This document shows, piece by piece, positions 1 to 12,974 of a stretch of DNA of 64,000 nucleotides. A program made the position numbers and the translations under genes. The stretch is taken from assembly GCF_009914755.1 (NCBI RefSeq), contig NC_060933.1, one strand, 5' to 3'. The notes beneath the pieces are model-generated. The model did no database searches. It was not told where the DNA came from and saw nothing but the letters and a program-made list of their open reading frames with translations. The stretch comes from the human T2T-CHM13v2.0 reference genome, Homo sapiens. Position 1 is the stretch's first letter. The number at the start of each line of letters is the position of its first letter.

Positions 1-310
1 TCAGGGGACCATCCATCAAAGCCGCCCTGGACGCTGGGCCAGACTGCCCGCCGCCGGCACCGACCGGGTCTCTCCAGATCGCATTAGCGTGGGGCGAGGG
101 CTCAGTGCGGCACTGGCTGCTGAGGGAGAGGCGTGGCGGGGAGGGGGGCGGGGCGGGGGGACGGGGACATCGCGGTGGGGCCATTGCAGGGGCAGGGGAG
201 TGGCTGCTTTAGGACCCTCCTCCTTTTCTTCCAATCTCCCGCCTCTGGGATCTAAGGTGGATGAAAGGGGCACTAGAATGGGCGGCTTTTGGGGGGCAGG
301 GGGTGCAGAA
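1..310. promoter_or_regulatory. Edge of a CpG/GC-rich region with GC boxes and a G-quadruplex motif
   Basis: Many CpGs in 1-180; GGGGCGGGGC Sp/KLF box; five G-runs of >=4 with 1-2 nt loops at ~138-166. Confidence 0.55.
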
Positions 311-567
311 CACTGAAGGCATCAGGGAAGGGTAGTGATGGGGGCAGTTATCAGAAGCAGAGAGGAAGAAATACCTGTAAAGGGGAAAGCCAGAGAAATT
401 GTCTGGGGAGGGGAGAGACTGAAAATGGGGGTGCAGAGATTGGGGGTTAGTGGAAGAAAAAGCCTTAAAGGGAAAGGAAAAGAGAAGCTGTAGAGGGAAA
501 AAGAATAGGCAAGGAATTGACGAGAGAGCAGGGAAACAGGAAACCACAGATCGTCAGGGGCTGACAA

Positions 568-690
568 AACCTTAGAGACAATCTACTGCAGCCCCTCATT
601 CTACAAATGAAGAAATGGAGGCCCAGAGAGGGGAATCCCTTCTCCAAAGACCCACTCCACCTGCTGGCTGGGCAGGCTCTTGACCGCAGG
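568..690 (-). mobile_element. MIR SINE fragment
   Basis: cccctcattctacaaatgaagaaatggaggcccagagagg matches the reverse complement of the MIR core. Confidence 0.8.
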
Positions 691-691
691 C

Positions 692-795
692 TCATTCATT
701 CAACCCATGTGTTTTGAGCATCTGCTGTGTGCTGGGCACTGGTCTGCCGAGATGATGCAGGATCAGCTCCTGCCCTCCAGAAGCTACAGTCTTTC
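692..795 (-). mobile_element. L2 LINE 3' end fragment
   Basis: tcattcattcaa...ttgagcatctgctgtgtgctgggcactg is the reverse complement of the L2 3' terminus. Confidence 0.75.
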
Positions 796-2419
796 CTCAG
801 GGGCTTGGAGAGGCTGAGCATCCAGGAAGCTCCCTCACCCCCAGCCAGGAGGGACTCCCTGAGCCCCACCTCTCCTGGCCACTGAACCTTCCTTGCCCTC
901 TGCTGTTCTGCTTATCTCCTCATGGAGGGTGGCCGTTCCCTGGAAGATCTTCCCTCTCCACTTTCCTGGGGACTCCCCAGGTGTGGAGACAGGTACTCGA
1001 CAGTTTGGCCAACTTGTTCTATCTCCCACAGCCAACAGCGTAGGCCTAAAAGCAAAGTCCATATTCCTTGCTGGGTTTCACCTCTGGGCATGGACAAATC
1101 CCACAGGTTGGACTGAGATCCAATTGAGCTGTGGTAAGGAGGATTGAGGCTGGACATGAAGAAGTACTTCCAGGTCCCACAGTGTGGGATCATTTTCCTG
1201 CTGGGGCTTTAAAGTAGCTGTCCTTCTGTGAGCACAGTGTTGGCACCATCTTCCAGGGAAGGACTTGTCTTCCTCAGTCTCCAGTTAGCCTTGTGCGAGG
1301 CATTATGCTGGGAATGTTGGGGTTCCAGATACCTGGTCTCTGACCATGGGGTTTCTGCTCTAGACATGGGTGAACTGACATCTCCCTGGCATCCTCCCAG
1401 TCACTGCCAGCTCTGCAACATCATGGAACCCCTGAGTCCTTCACAACTCCCAGATCATCTCATCCTTCCTCCTTGCTCTGGGAAGACCATGTCTGAGTAG
1501 TTCCAACCAACCTCTCACCTTAAACCCAGTCCCTGATAATGAGAAGTACCTCCTTAGTCTGGACTTGACCTTCCTTGCTGCCATGGTCCATCAGCAATGA
1601 CCAGGGCTGAAGCAGCACGTTTTTTCTATAAACACCGCTCCCTCCCAGTGATGCTCACCCAATCCTCGGTGGTCAGGCAGGGAGTGGGGACAGCTTCCTG
1701 CCAAGAGCTCTGGAAGGCAGCTCTGCCTCCTCTGCCTGAAGCAAGCTCCTGTATACTCTGAGATGGTGGTGTTCATTTTAAAGAAGGGACCATCTTTCCT
1801 CCACAGCCCAGCTTACATTTGGAGGGAGACAAATGTGAGTTTCCAATCCCAGAATCTTAGCCACTGTACCAATCTCCATGGATGCGTGGGATTCAGGAAA
1901 GGAGAGAAATGAGCAGAGTGAGGACATGGATAGAATCCATTTCCTACCCCTTGTTCCAGCCCAAGTCCCAGGGAAAGGCCCACAGAGGGCAAGAGAGGTG
2001 GACACTGAAAATTCCAGACTAAAGACCAGCAGACAGATTTCAGCATTATTCCTTCTTGTAGGCAAAGTGGTACCTAAGGATCTAACCAAATGAAAAAGCC
2101 TGGGAAATAGGCTATTTCTGCACCCCCTGACCCTTCATGCAGAGCAGGATATCGGCTTCAGCCCAGGAGCAATGCTAGAAGTTGAGAGGTTTGGAGTAGA
2201 CTGTGAAGCAGTTCCTCCAAGGGCATGCCAGATGAGGGGGTTGGAGCACCCAGCCCAGAACAGCATCCAAGGAAGGAGGCCTTGGCAGTAACTTTCTGTC
2301 TCTGTATTAACTTCACATACATTGTCTTGTGTGATCCACAGTGCCAGGTTCAGCACCAGGCACAGAATACATGCTTGCTGTACAAATGCATAAGTGAAGA
2401 GCCATGGGAGGAAGGTCAG

Positions 2420-2510
2420 GATCCTCAATTACAGATGAAGAAACAGACACACAGAAAGGTTAAATGACTTGCTCAAGGTCACATATCTCATCAGAGACAG
2501 GGCCAAGTTT
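2420..2510 (-). mobile_element. MIR fragment
   Basis: ttacagatgaagaaacagac...ggttaaatgacttgctcaaggtcaca. Confidence 0.8.
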
Positions 2511-3019
2511 CAGTGGAGAGCCACTTTAGTGGTAGAGGGTGGTAGGGAGGAGGGAGGCAGGAAGGGAGGGAATGAACCATCAGACACCACACTGGGGGAG
2601 AGGAGAGCTGTCATCTCTTTCTCTTTGTGAAAAGAGATTACTTCCTGGGAAAGGTGGCATTTAAGACCACACAGTTTTAAAAACGACCCATTGAAGGTTG
2701 ATTTGTAGCATATGCAAAGTTCTGCCAAAAACATGGAGAGGTCAATGAGTAGACGGGGTCATTGAGGATCAGAAAAGAAAGACAACACTGAGAGTCTGGA
2801 CAGCTAAGCCCCAGAATTTTGCTAGTCTTAAATGCTGGGTGACATCAGGCCTTCCACACCCCTCTCTGAGCCTCTAGAGAATGGAGATGCCAGACGTGGA
2901 GGAGGGTACACATGGGCAAGAGGAGGCAGGTCATTGCCTTCAGGGTAGCAATTGGAGGCATCAAGTTCCCACTTCCCTAGACCTATTCTTTGTTGTTATT
3001 ATTGTTGTTGCTTTCATCT

Positions 3020-3190
3020 GATTTTAATTGTTTTATGTTTTTTGAATAAGAAATACACGTACATGGTTCAAAACTCAAAAGGCACCAAAAGTTATACAGT
3101 GACAAGTAAGTCTCCCCGGAACCTCAGAACTCCCAGGCCACCCATGTCCTCACTCCATTAGAACTGCAGTAACCACTGAATTGTATAACC
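3020..3190 (-). mobile_element. Old L1 (L1ME-like) 3' fragment
   Basis: acatggttcaaaactcaaaaggcaccaaaagttatacagtgacaagtaagtctccc resembles L1ME 3' ends. Confidence 0.5.
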
Positions 3191-4184
3191 TCCAAAGGTA
3201 TTTTCTGCTTCTCCTGGCTCGTACCCTGAGGCCACCATAAAACCGAGTTGAGCACTGATATTCTGAGGAGATGTGGTAAACATGTTTTGGCCCCTGGACT
3301 GGTGGGGCCTTGGAATACTAAATACTCTCAGTTTCCACTCTGAAAAGATGCAGAAACTTGAGGTCAGGAGAGAGGACATTTCTGCGTGCTTAGAAGCTCA
3401 GAAGCCTCGCAGGTGAGAGGATGGAGTTGGGAGCCAGGCAGAGGCAGGAACCCTCTCCAGGGCTCTAGTACCACACTCCCACCCCAGAGCCTCACAGTGC
3501 CCTCTGGGTTAGCCTGGCTCAGGTATGCACCCAGTTAGGTCCTGCTCAAGTTTTCCAGAGAAAAAGGCCCAGTGCTTCCCCTCCACCACCTGTCACATTG
3601 TTGGGAAGCCTTTCTTGATGTCTCACTCTAGTTCCTTCGACTTTAGGTGCAGCCCATGGCTTTTGATTCTGCCCTCAGTGGAGATGGAACATGCTCTTGG
3701 AGATGATAGCTTCCAGTGACCCAGGCTCTTCCTCCCACTTGCATACACAATTTTCCTTCAGGCCCTCTAATTCCACCTCAATCTTTTTTCCAGACTTAGA
3801 AGACACATGCCTGTTCTTTCAGCTACCCTCCCCCACCTGAATTCCCAGTCTGCCTCCATTCCCAACCACCTCATTCTTGCCCTGCACATCCCTTTGGCAT
3901 TATTATCCCCAAGTATTCTTTGGTCATAATGATGGTAAAATCCCAACCTAAAGCCAAGTCCTCCACCAGATTCCAGAGGTAAATCCAGCCTAGTCTCTTT
4001 GATAACTGAATCTCTCCATTTTGGGTGATGCCCTAGCCCGACTCTTGAACTTGTGCCCAACACTCGGACTCTCAGATCCTCACACATGGCCTGTTGTGAG
4101 ATAAGGCACAAGTTCATCCCAAGCCTGGGATGGCCTCCCCTCTGTTCTCTTCTCCAAACCCTCCCCTGGTGAACCTCATCCTTT

Positions 4185-5210
4185 GCATTTACTCACTAAG
4201 CAATTATTATTGAGTACTATTCCAAGTTCTTAGAATACATTGGTGATCAAAACAGAGAAAGACCCCCCACCTGTGTGGAGTTTACATTCTAGCAGAGAAA
4301 GACAGATAATGAACAATATTCTTACTAAATAAGTAAATTATATCATATATTAGAAAATGATAATTGTTACAGAAAAGGAATAGATCACGTACAGAAGGAT
4401 CAGCATGGAGGGGAAATCTGAGGTTTTTAATATGGTTGTCAAGGAGAGCTCACTGCGAATATGGTATTTGAACAAAGACTTAGAGGTGAGAGAGGAAGTT
4501 AGCCCCATAGACATCTTGGCAAGAGTATTCCAAGTAGAGGGAGTGGCTGGTGCTAAGGCCCTGAGGCAGGAACATGCCTGGCAAGTCTGTGGGAGTGAGC
4601 AAGAGTGGGAGGAGATGGCATCAGAGAGGTAAGGAGGGAACAGATGATGTTCGGCCTCGTAAGTCAACTTAAGGACTTTGCTTTTTATTCTGAGTGAAGT
4701 AGAGAGGAAAGACATGATTGGACTTCAGGGTCTTGTTTTGTTTTGAGAGACAGTCTCACTCTGTCACCCAAGCTAAAGTGCAGTGGCACAATCTTCACTC
4801 ACTACAACTTCTGCCACCCAGGTTCAAGTGATTCTTATGCCTCAGCCTCCCAAGTAGCTGGGATTACAGGCACCTGCCACCATGCCCAGCTAATTTTTGT
4901 AGTTTTAGTAGAGACGGGGTTTCACCATCTTGGCCAGGCTGGTCTTGAACTCCTGACCTCGTGATCCACCCACCTTGGCCTCCCAAAGTGCTGGGATTAC
5001 AGTCGTGAGCCACTGCACCTGGCCTGGACTTCAGTTTTTAAATAGTCTTTTTGTCTTTTGTGTTGAGAATAGATCACAGGGGGCCAAGGGAAGATGCAGG
5101 GAGACTTGTTGAAAGGTCATTGCACTAATCCAAGTGAGAAATGTGTGGCTTGGACCAGGATGGCAGCAGTGCATGTGGTGAGAAAGGCCCAAATTCTGGA
5201 TTTGGTGACA
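4185..5210 (-). mobile_element. L2 LINE fragment interrupted by an Alu
   Basis: ggagtttacattctagcagagaaagacag, tgctaaggccctgaggcaggaacatgcctgg and taaggactttgctttttattctgagtga are L2 hallmarks. Confidence 0.8.
4733..5024 (-). mobile_element. AluS (Sg/Sc-like)
   Basis: Full Alu reverse complement; TSD tggacttcag at 4719-4728 and 5025-5034. Confidence 0.95.
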
Positions 5211-7039
5211 GTTTCCTCTTCCTTGGCTTCCATCCTTTTGCTCTCTTTGCTTCCTCTCTTCTTTTCTAGGTTGTATGTTTTCTCTCTTCTTGAAGACTGA
5301 GAGCTCTCTGTGGGTGGGGCTCAATCTCTGTTCCTGGGATCCAGGGCAGGACCCCAGGCAAAGGAGAGACAGGCCCCGTGCTGCTTGGGAACAGGCTGAC
5401 AAGCCACGCAGCTTCACAGCCCTCCCCAATTACAGGGTCCCTGAGCCAAGGGGAAGAGGCTGCTGTTTCTAAAGAGGATGTGATGGACAGTTATTGAAGG
5501 TGCTTAGCTGGGGGCTCCACTCTAGTCTTAATCTGAGCCGCCCTCAAGGAAATCATAACCAGCTCTTAAAAACATGTTGAGACCAAAGCTGGTGTGTGTG
5601 TTTGAGCGGAGCTTCAGACAGCTACTTAACACTAGGGGCCTCTGGGCTTTTGATTCCTCCACTTCTAGCCTGCCATCTCCCCCCAGCTGGCTGGTGCTTA
5701 TCAGCCAAGACGTTGTTTAAATCACACTCATTTCCTATAACCATTTCATTTGAAATGCCATCCTCTGCTCCAGAAATTCATCTATCACCAGCCTAGAGGT
5801 ATAGTTGAGGAGCCTTGGGGTGATCGCTCCCCATCTCTACCCCTGCCCCCAGTCACCCCTCCTCCCATGACCCATATTCTCAGGTTTCACTCTATAAGAA
5901 CTACTTCCACTCGGTGTGACAGGGCACTTAGTGCCAGAATTATTTATAACATTGAGATGGCAACAGGGCAATGGAGAGCAGCCCAACCCATGGACACTTT
6001 CTCTTTGAAAGCTCGATCAATGGACCTAGATCACTGTTTACTACTTGGTGTCTCGGCCTCTGCCATGTTTCCTGCTGGCTTTGGGGGATGGGGAAACAGG
6101 GGTCTGGACCAGGTCAAGGCTGTCCTCAGAGTTTAAGATGCTTATAAGCCAGGCCTCCAATAAAGTTATGCCTTCACTGTACCTCTATTCCTTGGCCAGG
6201 CACTTCCCTGCCTCAGGTGAGCTCTCTTCTTGGAAATGAACCATTCTTGGGGCTTTTTCTCAAACAGGAGCCCTCTGCCTCCCCCAGGAAAGCTGGTATT
6301 ATGTCCCTACCACAGTGGCAGAGCTAGGACTTGAGCTGAGGAAGTCATCTGATATGGATCAGAATGGGGATGTAGAAGATTCTGGGAGTTCTTCCGAGGA
6401 AGGGCTTGAATTGGCCCCACCCAGTCTGGAGTGGAGGTAGAGGGATGGATGAATTCACTTCTTAAGGACTGAAAACCTTTTTACCATCCTCTTCCTCCCC
6501 AGCCATAGCCAATTACTAGTTGTCCTAATTTGAAGGCTCTGTTGTCTGGACTGGAGGATTTTTACCCATTTTCCAGCCCCTCTCCCGGTCTCATTTATTT
6601 GGGCAGTGTCACATTAAAGGCATTGTCAGACTTCCTAGTCCTTCCCAAAGGCCTGACCCAACTCCTTCCCAAATGGTGAAGCACCTCTGCCTCCTTCCCT
6701 TTACACCTGTGGACCTACCACACTGGGGAACTCCTAGGTGAGTCCCAGAGAAAGCCCAGGTGAAAGACTATGAGCCTGTCGGAAGGGATCAGGGTAGAAC
6801 CCAAGTTGGGACAGGCAGGGGAGGCAGTCCCAGTCTTTAGGGGGGTCAAGTAATTCCCCTTTACAAGCCAAATGAAGAAAAAAAGTTCTAAGGGGAGCAT
6901 ATGACTCCATAAAATAAAGGACATAATTGGGAGTGATATCTAATTTATCTATTGAAGGCCTCCTACGTACTCTTTTATCACTTAGATGGACAGAATATAA
7001 TTGGTGTGCTGTGCCCCATCAATCTCAGAGCCTGGGCTT

Positions 7040-7205
7040 CCTGTGCTGGCTACACATATTACTGTCAGATTATGACACTGTAATACCAAGATCAATGACA
7101 TTTTAAACGTGCTCCAGTTATGGGCAATTGCTGACAATAAAAACAGTGACAAATTGATGAAACTTGGGCAGCGATTATCTGGTGTCAAAAATAAACCATA
7201 AAGAA
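7040..7205. promoter_or_regulatory. Candidate TALE (MEIS/PKNOX/TGIF)-HOX enhancer
   Basis: Six TGACA/TGTCA cores in 7063-7187 plus TTATGAC, CAATAAAA and CCATAAA in non-repetitive sequence. Confidence 0.5.
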
Positions 7206-7782
7206 TCTGATTTCCAAACAGAGAGAGGTGCCTGGGACACCAGCTTAGGGAGGAAAGGCCCAGCGAGAAGAGAACTTATCCTGCTCACATGATCTTGGCC
7301 ACTCAGGAAGCCACCTGCTCTGGAAAACTCCCTCTAGGCTGACCTGCAAGGCCCCAGCAGGAAGATGGAGAGGTGGTCTTTGGTTAAGGCTTGGGTTCCC
7401 CTTAGAGAGAATCGTCATCACTGAGACTCTGGGAAGTGTCTGTGTGTGACTGCCAAGGTGGGCGCCACACAAACTCACTGAGATACTGGTGGGTTGTCTT
7501 TCATGTCCTGCCCACACTGAGGAATTAGGGCAGACTGGTTGAGTCATAGAATCACACTTAGCCAATGTTAAAGCTAAAAGAGACCTTGAGAGTCTCTCTT
7601 CATGGAGGGTCAGGCTCTGTCCTCCAAACTGTCCCTCAGCAGAGGGACCTGGATCTTCCCTAACTTGACCCAGGCATTATTTCCCCAGGCTAATCCCCTT
7701 CCCCACCCATTGCAGGGAACTCCAGGCCTTCAACCAGCAGAACTATTTTGGCATACATTAAGGTGGGCCTCCTCCAGCTCCT

Positions 7783-8087
<305 letters not shown>

Positions 8088-8177
8088 TCCAGCTCCTTAT
8101 TTTTAGTGGATTACCTTAATTTGTAGTATTCCTTTCATACATTTTTCTCACTTTAATAATCACAGTTTTAAAATATG

Positions 8178-8244
8178 AATACTTTAGTAGCATCGCTAAT
8201 ACTACTTTATATAATAATACTTTAGTAGTATCGCTAATACCACT
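8178..8244. repeat. Two-copy tandem duplication, period 38 bp
   Basis: aatactttagtagcatcgctaatactact (8178) vs aatactttagtagtatcgctaataccact (8216). Confidence 0.85.
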
Positions 8245-8264
8245 ATTACAAGGATAACTACTAT

Positions 8265-8470
8265 TGGGAAGCATTTATTGTGCAACTACTATATGTAAAC
8301 TCTGTTCCAGGTGTTTCATGTGTATTATTTTTCATCCCCACAGCAGCCCTGTGAGGTGGGTATTGTTCTTCACATTTTAGAAGTGAGGAAACAGGCTTAG
8401 AGTCGTAGTGATGTGCCTAAGATGACACAGCTGATAAGCAGTGGAGCAAGAAAGGAGCCTGAGATGTGGC
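8265..8470 (-). mobile_element. MIR
   Basis: cagccctgtgaggtgggtattgtt...cattttagaagtgaggaaacaggcttagag. Confidence 0.8.
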
Positions 8471-8633
8471 TCAACATTCATCTTTTTTCCATTGCCCCTT
8501 TCACAGACCTTTATAGTCCCATTTATAGACGGGGCTGAGGGCCTCCCTAAAGAACCTATAGCTAGTCAAAGGCAGAGCTAGACCTAAGCCTAGCTTTTCT
8601 GACCCTTCTCGTATTAGACCTGCATTGTATGTA

Positions 8634-8753
8634 TTTTTTTTTAAAGACTGGTCAAGTGCAGTAGTGAGAAGGTGGAAGGAGCAGAACAAGGAGTTTGATC
8701 TGTAACTGACTGTGAACAATCAATTGAGATAAGGCACTACCTTCGGAACACCC
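8634..8753 (-). pseudogene. Y1 RNA (RNY1) retropseudogene with short poly-A tail
   Basis: Minus strand reads ...ccgaaggtagtgccttatctcaattgattgttcacagtcagttacagatcaaactccttgttctgctccttccaccttctcactactgcacttgaccagtcttt then A9; near-identical to hY1 over its length. Confidence 0.93.
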
Positions 8754-8864
8754 CCGACACTCTTTCCAGATGCACCACAACAGTCCTTTCCCCAGGTCAC
8801 CACCACTCACTCAGCCAGGGGCTTCAGCCTTGGCCTCTAAGAGTCAGCAGGGGGTCACAGTTGG

Positions 8865-9020
8865 CTTTGAAACCAAGCAGACAGGTGTTTGAATCCCCAC
8901 TCTGCCACCTTACAGCTGTGTGGCCTTAGGCAGGTGGTTGTGAGAATTTAAATGGCGTAAGCATATAAAAGCATTTGGCGTAGAGTCTGGCACATAGTAG
9001 TGCTCACTAAATGGTAGTCA
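8865..9020 (+). mobile_element. MIR (internally deleted)
   Basis: tttgaatccccactctgccacc...gctgtgtggccttagg...gtctggcacatagtagtgctcactaaatgg. Confidence 0.75.
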
Positions 9021-12000
9021 TTAAAGATACAACCTGGGACAGTGGCAGCTAGTTTAACAAACCACCACACCCCGTAGCACCTCTCACCTGGGTGCAAGTT
9101 CCCCAGGCCACACTGCAGTAGCTGCTCGCTGAGGGTTTCCCCGGATATATAAGAAGCCTCTCTGAGGGCCACAGAGGTTTTTTGATGGCAGATGGTTTAA
9201 AACATCATTTTTATATTAAGTTGTATAAAATATACTACGTTATAAAATGCAAACTTTGCATCATTTTAGAGCTAAAACTTAAGGCCACAAAAGAATCTGC
9301 TATTTTCTTATTAATAAAAAATCCTATTTTTATATAATGCAAATAATGAAGATGAAGTAACCTATTATTTAATTAAACATGTCTTTTTTTTAAAAAAAAA
9401 AGAAATAATTGGTCCTTGCTAATGGCCCTTCAGGGCAATCCCCCAGACTGCTGGGGTCCAAGTTTACCCTCCTGCCTCTAATAACAAAGGGACTTTGGCA
9501 GAAAAGTTTGAGAAACCCTGTCAGGAAGAGAGCCTACACAAGGACCAGGAAATCTGACTTCTTCATTCTTTAAAAGAACAAAACAAATAGCAACAGTGTG
9601 TTTTCTACCTTCCTAGTGTTTTACCTTCAAGTTTAGCATTAAGAACACAAAATGTTTTGTGTAAATTTGTGATTCTTATTTCTGGTTCCTTTCTGTTTAA
9701 TAATTACTAGCTGAATCATTAATCATCAACCAAGTGAATGGTCACACTTTATAGAAGGCTACAAGGCGGAACACAAGATTAGTTGGATTCTTAAGAAAGA
9801 AACTAAAAGCTGCTTGCGACTTAGATGCTCTTAAGTTTTATGACTGTGGTGGGAATTTGAGCATCCAGGCCTTGCTTCTGATGGTCCTCTCATTCCAGTG
9901 CCCCAGTTCTAATCCTCTGTGGGTGCCCTCGGTAGTCACAGCCTTGGGGCTGCCCAGGGCTCAAGGCGTCCATGTTTTTAAAGTGCCCAACAACGGCTTT
10001 TGATTCATCAGAAACTCCACAGGACACCCACCTAACTGGGGCTCTGATACCTAATTCAGCAGCACCCACCACCAAGTCTTTCTAAGTTTTATTTTTTTTA
10101 ATATTACATGCAATATATGTTAATTATAAATAAATGTAATAATTCAGGTAGGTGAAAAGGAGAAGGAAAAATGGCCCAAGTAGTTTCCCCACTGAGGAAG
10201 AACCCTGGTTAGCGAGGCAAGTCATGTGACTTTCGGAATCATGTTGAATCTACACCCATTTAAGGTGGAAGTCTATATAGCCTGATTCTTTGATGGTTTA
10301 GAGCTCTGCTCAGTTTAGAGTTCAGGGAGGTGGTATCTACAGGGTGTATTGCTCTGATAAAAATTAGCAGCCTGCCCAAGTTCAAGGTATGAGGGGACCG
10401 ATCACAGATTGGTTTGAGAATCATTATGTTGGCCCTTTGGTGACTCTAAGGATTAGATCCAGAGTACAAGGGGCCCACACTTCCAAGGGATCCCACCACA
10501 CCTTCAAATAGCAGACTCATGGAAAGGGGATTCCAAGATTCTCCCCCTCCAGCTACGGCATTGCTTTACAATATTTAAAATTCCTTGACTAAAGAGCAAG
10601 TCTAAATTGCAAGTACTCCTAGGACAGGGACTGGCTTAGATCCATGACAGCTCCCTCTCTGAAAGAAGGGCGTGCCTTACTCCACCAGACCAAACAAAAC
10701 TAAAGTGACTTCTCTGCTACCCCCAGAGAGGGGCACTGGGGATGGTAAAAGCATTTCTGTCCCTGCACCCAGGGATGAAGTAGAGAAATGCCACTTAACC
10801 ATAGCCAGGACCCAAAGAATTGTGAGTGGAAAGAGTGACAAAAACAGAGAAGGACAGAACTGTAAGCCACCGCACTTCATTTAGGAAGTCAGCGCTAGGG
10901 TAACAGGAAGGATCGGGTGGGCTTTCAGGGGAGTGGAACCTGTTAGAGAAAGAACAAAACTGAGTGGAGACGCAAGGCAGGAGACCATTTATAGGTGAAT
11001 TAGCAGCAGAGGGTGGGTGGGGCTGTGCCTGGGGCAGGGGTGGTGGGGTGAGGAAGTGGGGGTGGCAGTGACTTTGAGGGAGCTCTTGCAGAAGGTAGCT
11101 TTTTGAGGTGAAGAGCCAGAGCTCTAGGTCTTAAGAGTTGGAAAGCAGGTTATATTTCACATCCTTCCCTGAACAGAGAAATTGAATTTGGTCAAGAATA
11201 AGTCCTAAGAAGCAGTTGTGAGCACCCCACTTTTCCATCTTGTTGATGAATATGGAGTGGGAGCAAAGTTGAGTGTGGGCATCTGACAAGGTCTTTATGA
11301 TCCTAGATGCACTTACTATACCTTCCTCCTCCTCCTCTGCCTTGGCTAATGGGCTGTGGGTACCCACCGCACAGAGGGCTATAAGACACTCACTGTGGCT
11401 GATGGAGAAGCTGGGCCCTGCCCTCCTGGCCTTCTGAGGAAAGTGATTATTGTTTTTGGCTTGTTTTTCAACTATCCCTTTGCCCCCAGCAGGACTGAAC
11501 CTTTCCACTCTTACCATCTCTGGGTCCCTTCAGATCTTTTATAGCCTTGAACTACCCGCTACAAGATTTTTTTCTGTCCTAAGAATGGAAGTCTGGTCTG
11601 CTTCCTAACATTAATCCCTTCCACACAGCACAGCCTCGTTTCCTCTAGATCAGAGAGATGGCTTCTGGATTCATCTTTCCCTGCAATCCAGCTTCTCCTC
11701 CTGGGGCCCTCATAATGGAGACTGGGATCATCATCCAGGCTTTTGCACTGGGTTAGGAATTTGGGAGTCATCCTGGATCCATCTGCCCCTGTCAACCTTT
11801 CTCTGTCAACAGATATTTACTGGGCATCTCCAACAGCCAGGCCCTGTTCATGGTGCTGAAGAACAGCATGTATAAAACAACCCTGCCCTCACAGGGCGAT
11901 CACCAGTGACCTGTGGTGTGGAGTCTCCTTTTACCTCTGTCTCCTCCTTCCCACTGTCACCATCCTTGGTCCTCCTCTGTCACCTGGAATACTCCACTTG

Positions 12001-12383
12001 GTAACCAGCATGATCTTCTAACGCTAGTTTTACCCTTGTCAGCACTTTGCCGAAAACCTCAAATAAAGACTTTTTTAAAAATGTGCGATGGAAAACTAAA
12101 GTTATAAATTATATCATAACCATTGGACCTCTTTTTAAAATGCACTGAAGCCTTATAATGTTATCCATGGATATATATCTATGATAAAAATAGAAAAAAT
12201 ATATGATGGTGGTGCTTCTGAAAGGGAGGGGAATGGTACTGGGGAAGGGACAAAGGGAACTTCAACTTTATCTGTAATGACCTGTTTATTTTGAAAACTC
12301 AAGAGCAAAATTGACAAAATTTTAACAGTAACTTAACAAAACCTCAAGTCTGGATAGTGAGTTCAAGAGTGTTACTTTATATG

Positions 12384-12678
12384 GACAGGCAGTGACTCAT
12401 GCCTACAATCCCAGCACTTTGAGAAGCCAAGGCAGGAGGATCTCTTGAGCCCAGCCATCCTCCCACCTTGGTCTCTTGAAGTTTGAGACTAGCCTAGGCC
12501 GCATAGTGAGACCCTGTCTCTTCAAAAAAAAAAAAAAATTGACAGCAACTCAGGAGGCTGAGGAAGAAGGATTGCTTGAGTACGGGAGGTCAAGGCTGCA
12601 GTGAGCTATGACTGAGCCACTTCACTCTAACCTGGATGATAAAGCAAGACTCTGTCTCAAAAAAGAAAATAAAAAAAG
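12384..12678 (+). mobile_element. AluJ with an internal inverted insert
   Basis: J-type arms (ggaggtcaaggctgcagtgagctatg); extra antisense Alu segment at ~12455-12482. Confidence 0.85.
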
Positions 12679-12682
12679 TGTT

Positions 12683-12943
12683 GCCTGTAATCCCAGCACT
12701 TTGGGAGGCTGAGGCAGGTGGATCACTTGAGCTCAGGAGTTCGAGACCGGCCTGGCCAACATGGCGAAGCCCTGTCTCCACCAAAAATACAAAAAATTAG
12801 CCAGCTGTGGTGGGATCAGTCTGTAGTCCCAGCCACTCAGGAGGCTAAGGCAGGAGAATCACTTGAACCCAGGAAGCGCAGGTTGCAGTGAGCCAAGATC
12901 TCACCACTGCACTCTAGCCTGGGCGACAGAGTGAGACTCCATC

Positions 12944-12974
<31 letters not shown>
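12683..12974 (+). mobile_element. AluS, slightly 5'-truncated, long poly-A
   Basis: gcctgtaatcccagcactttgggagg through gagactccatctct and an A-tail. Confidence 0.95.
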
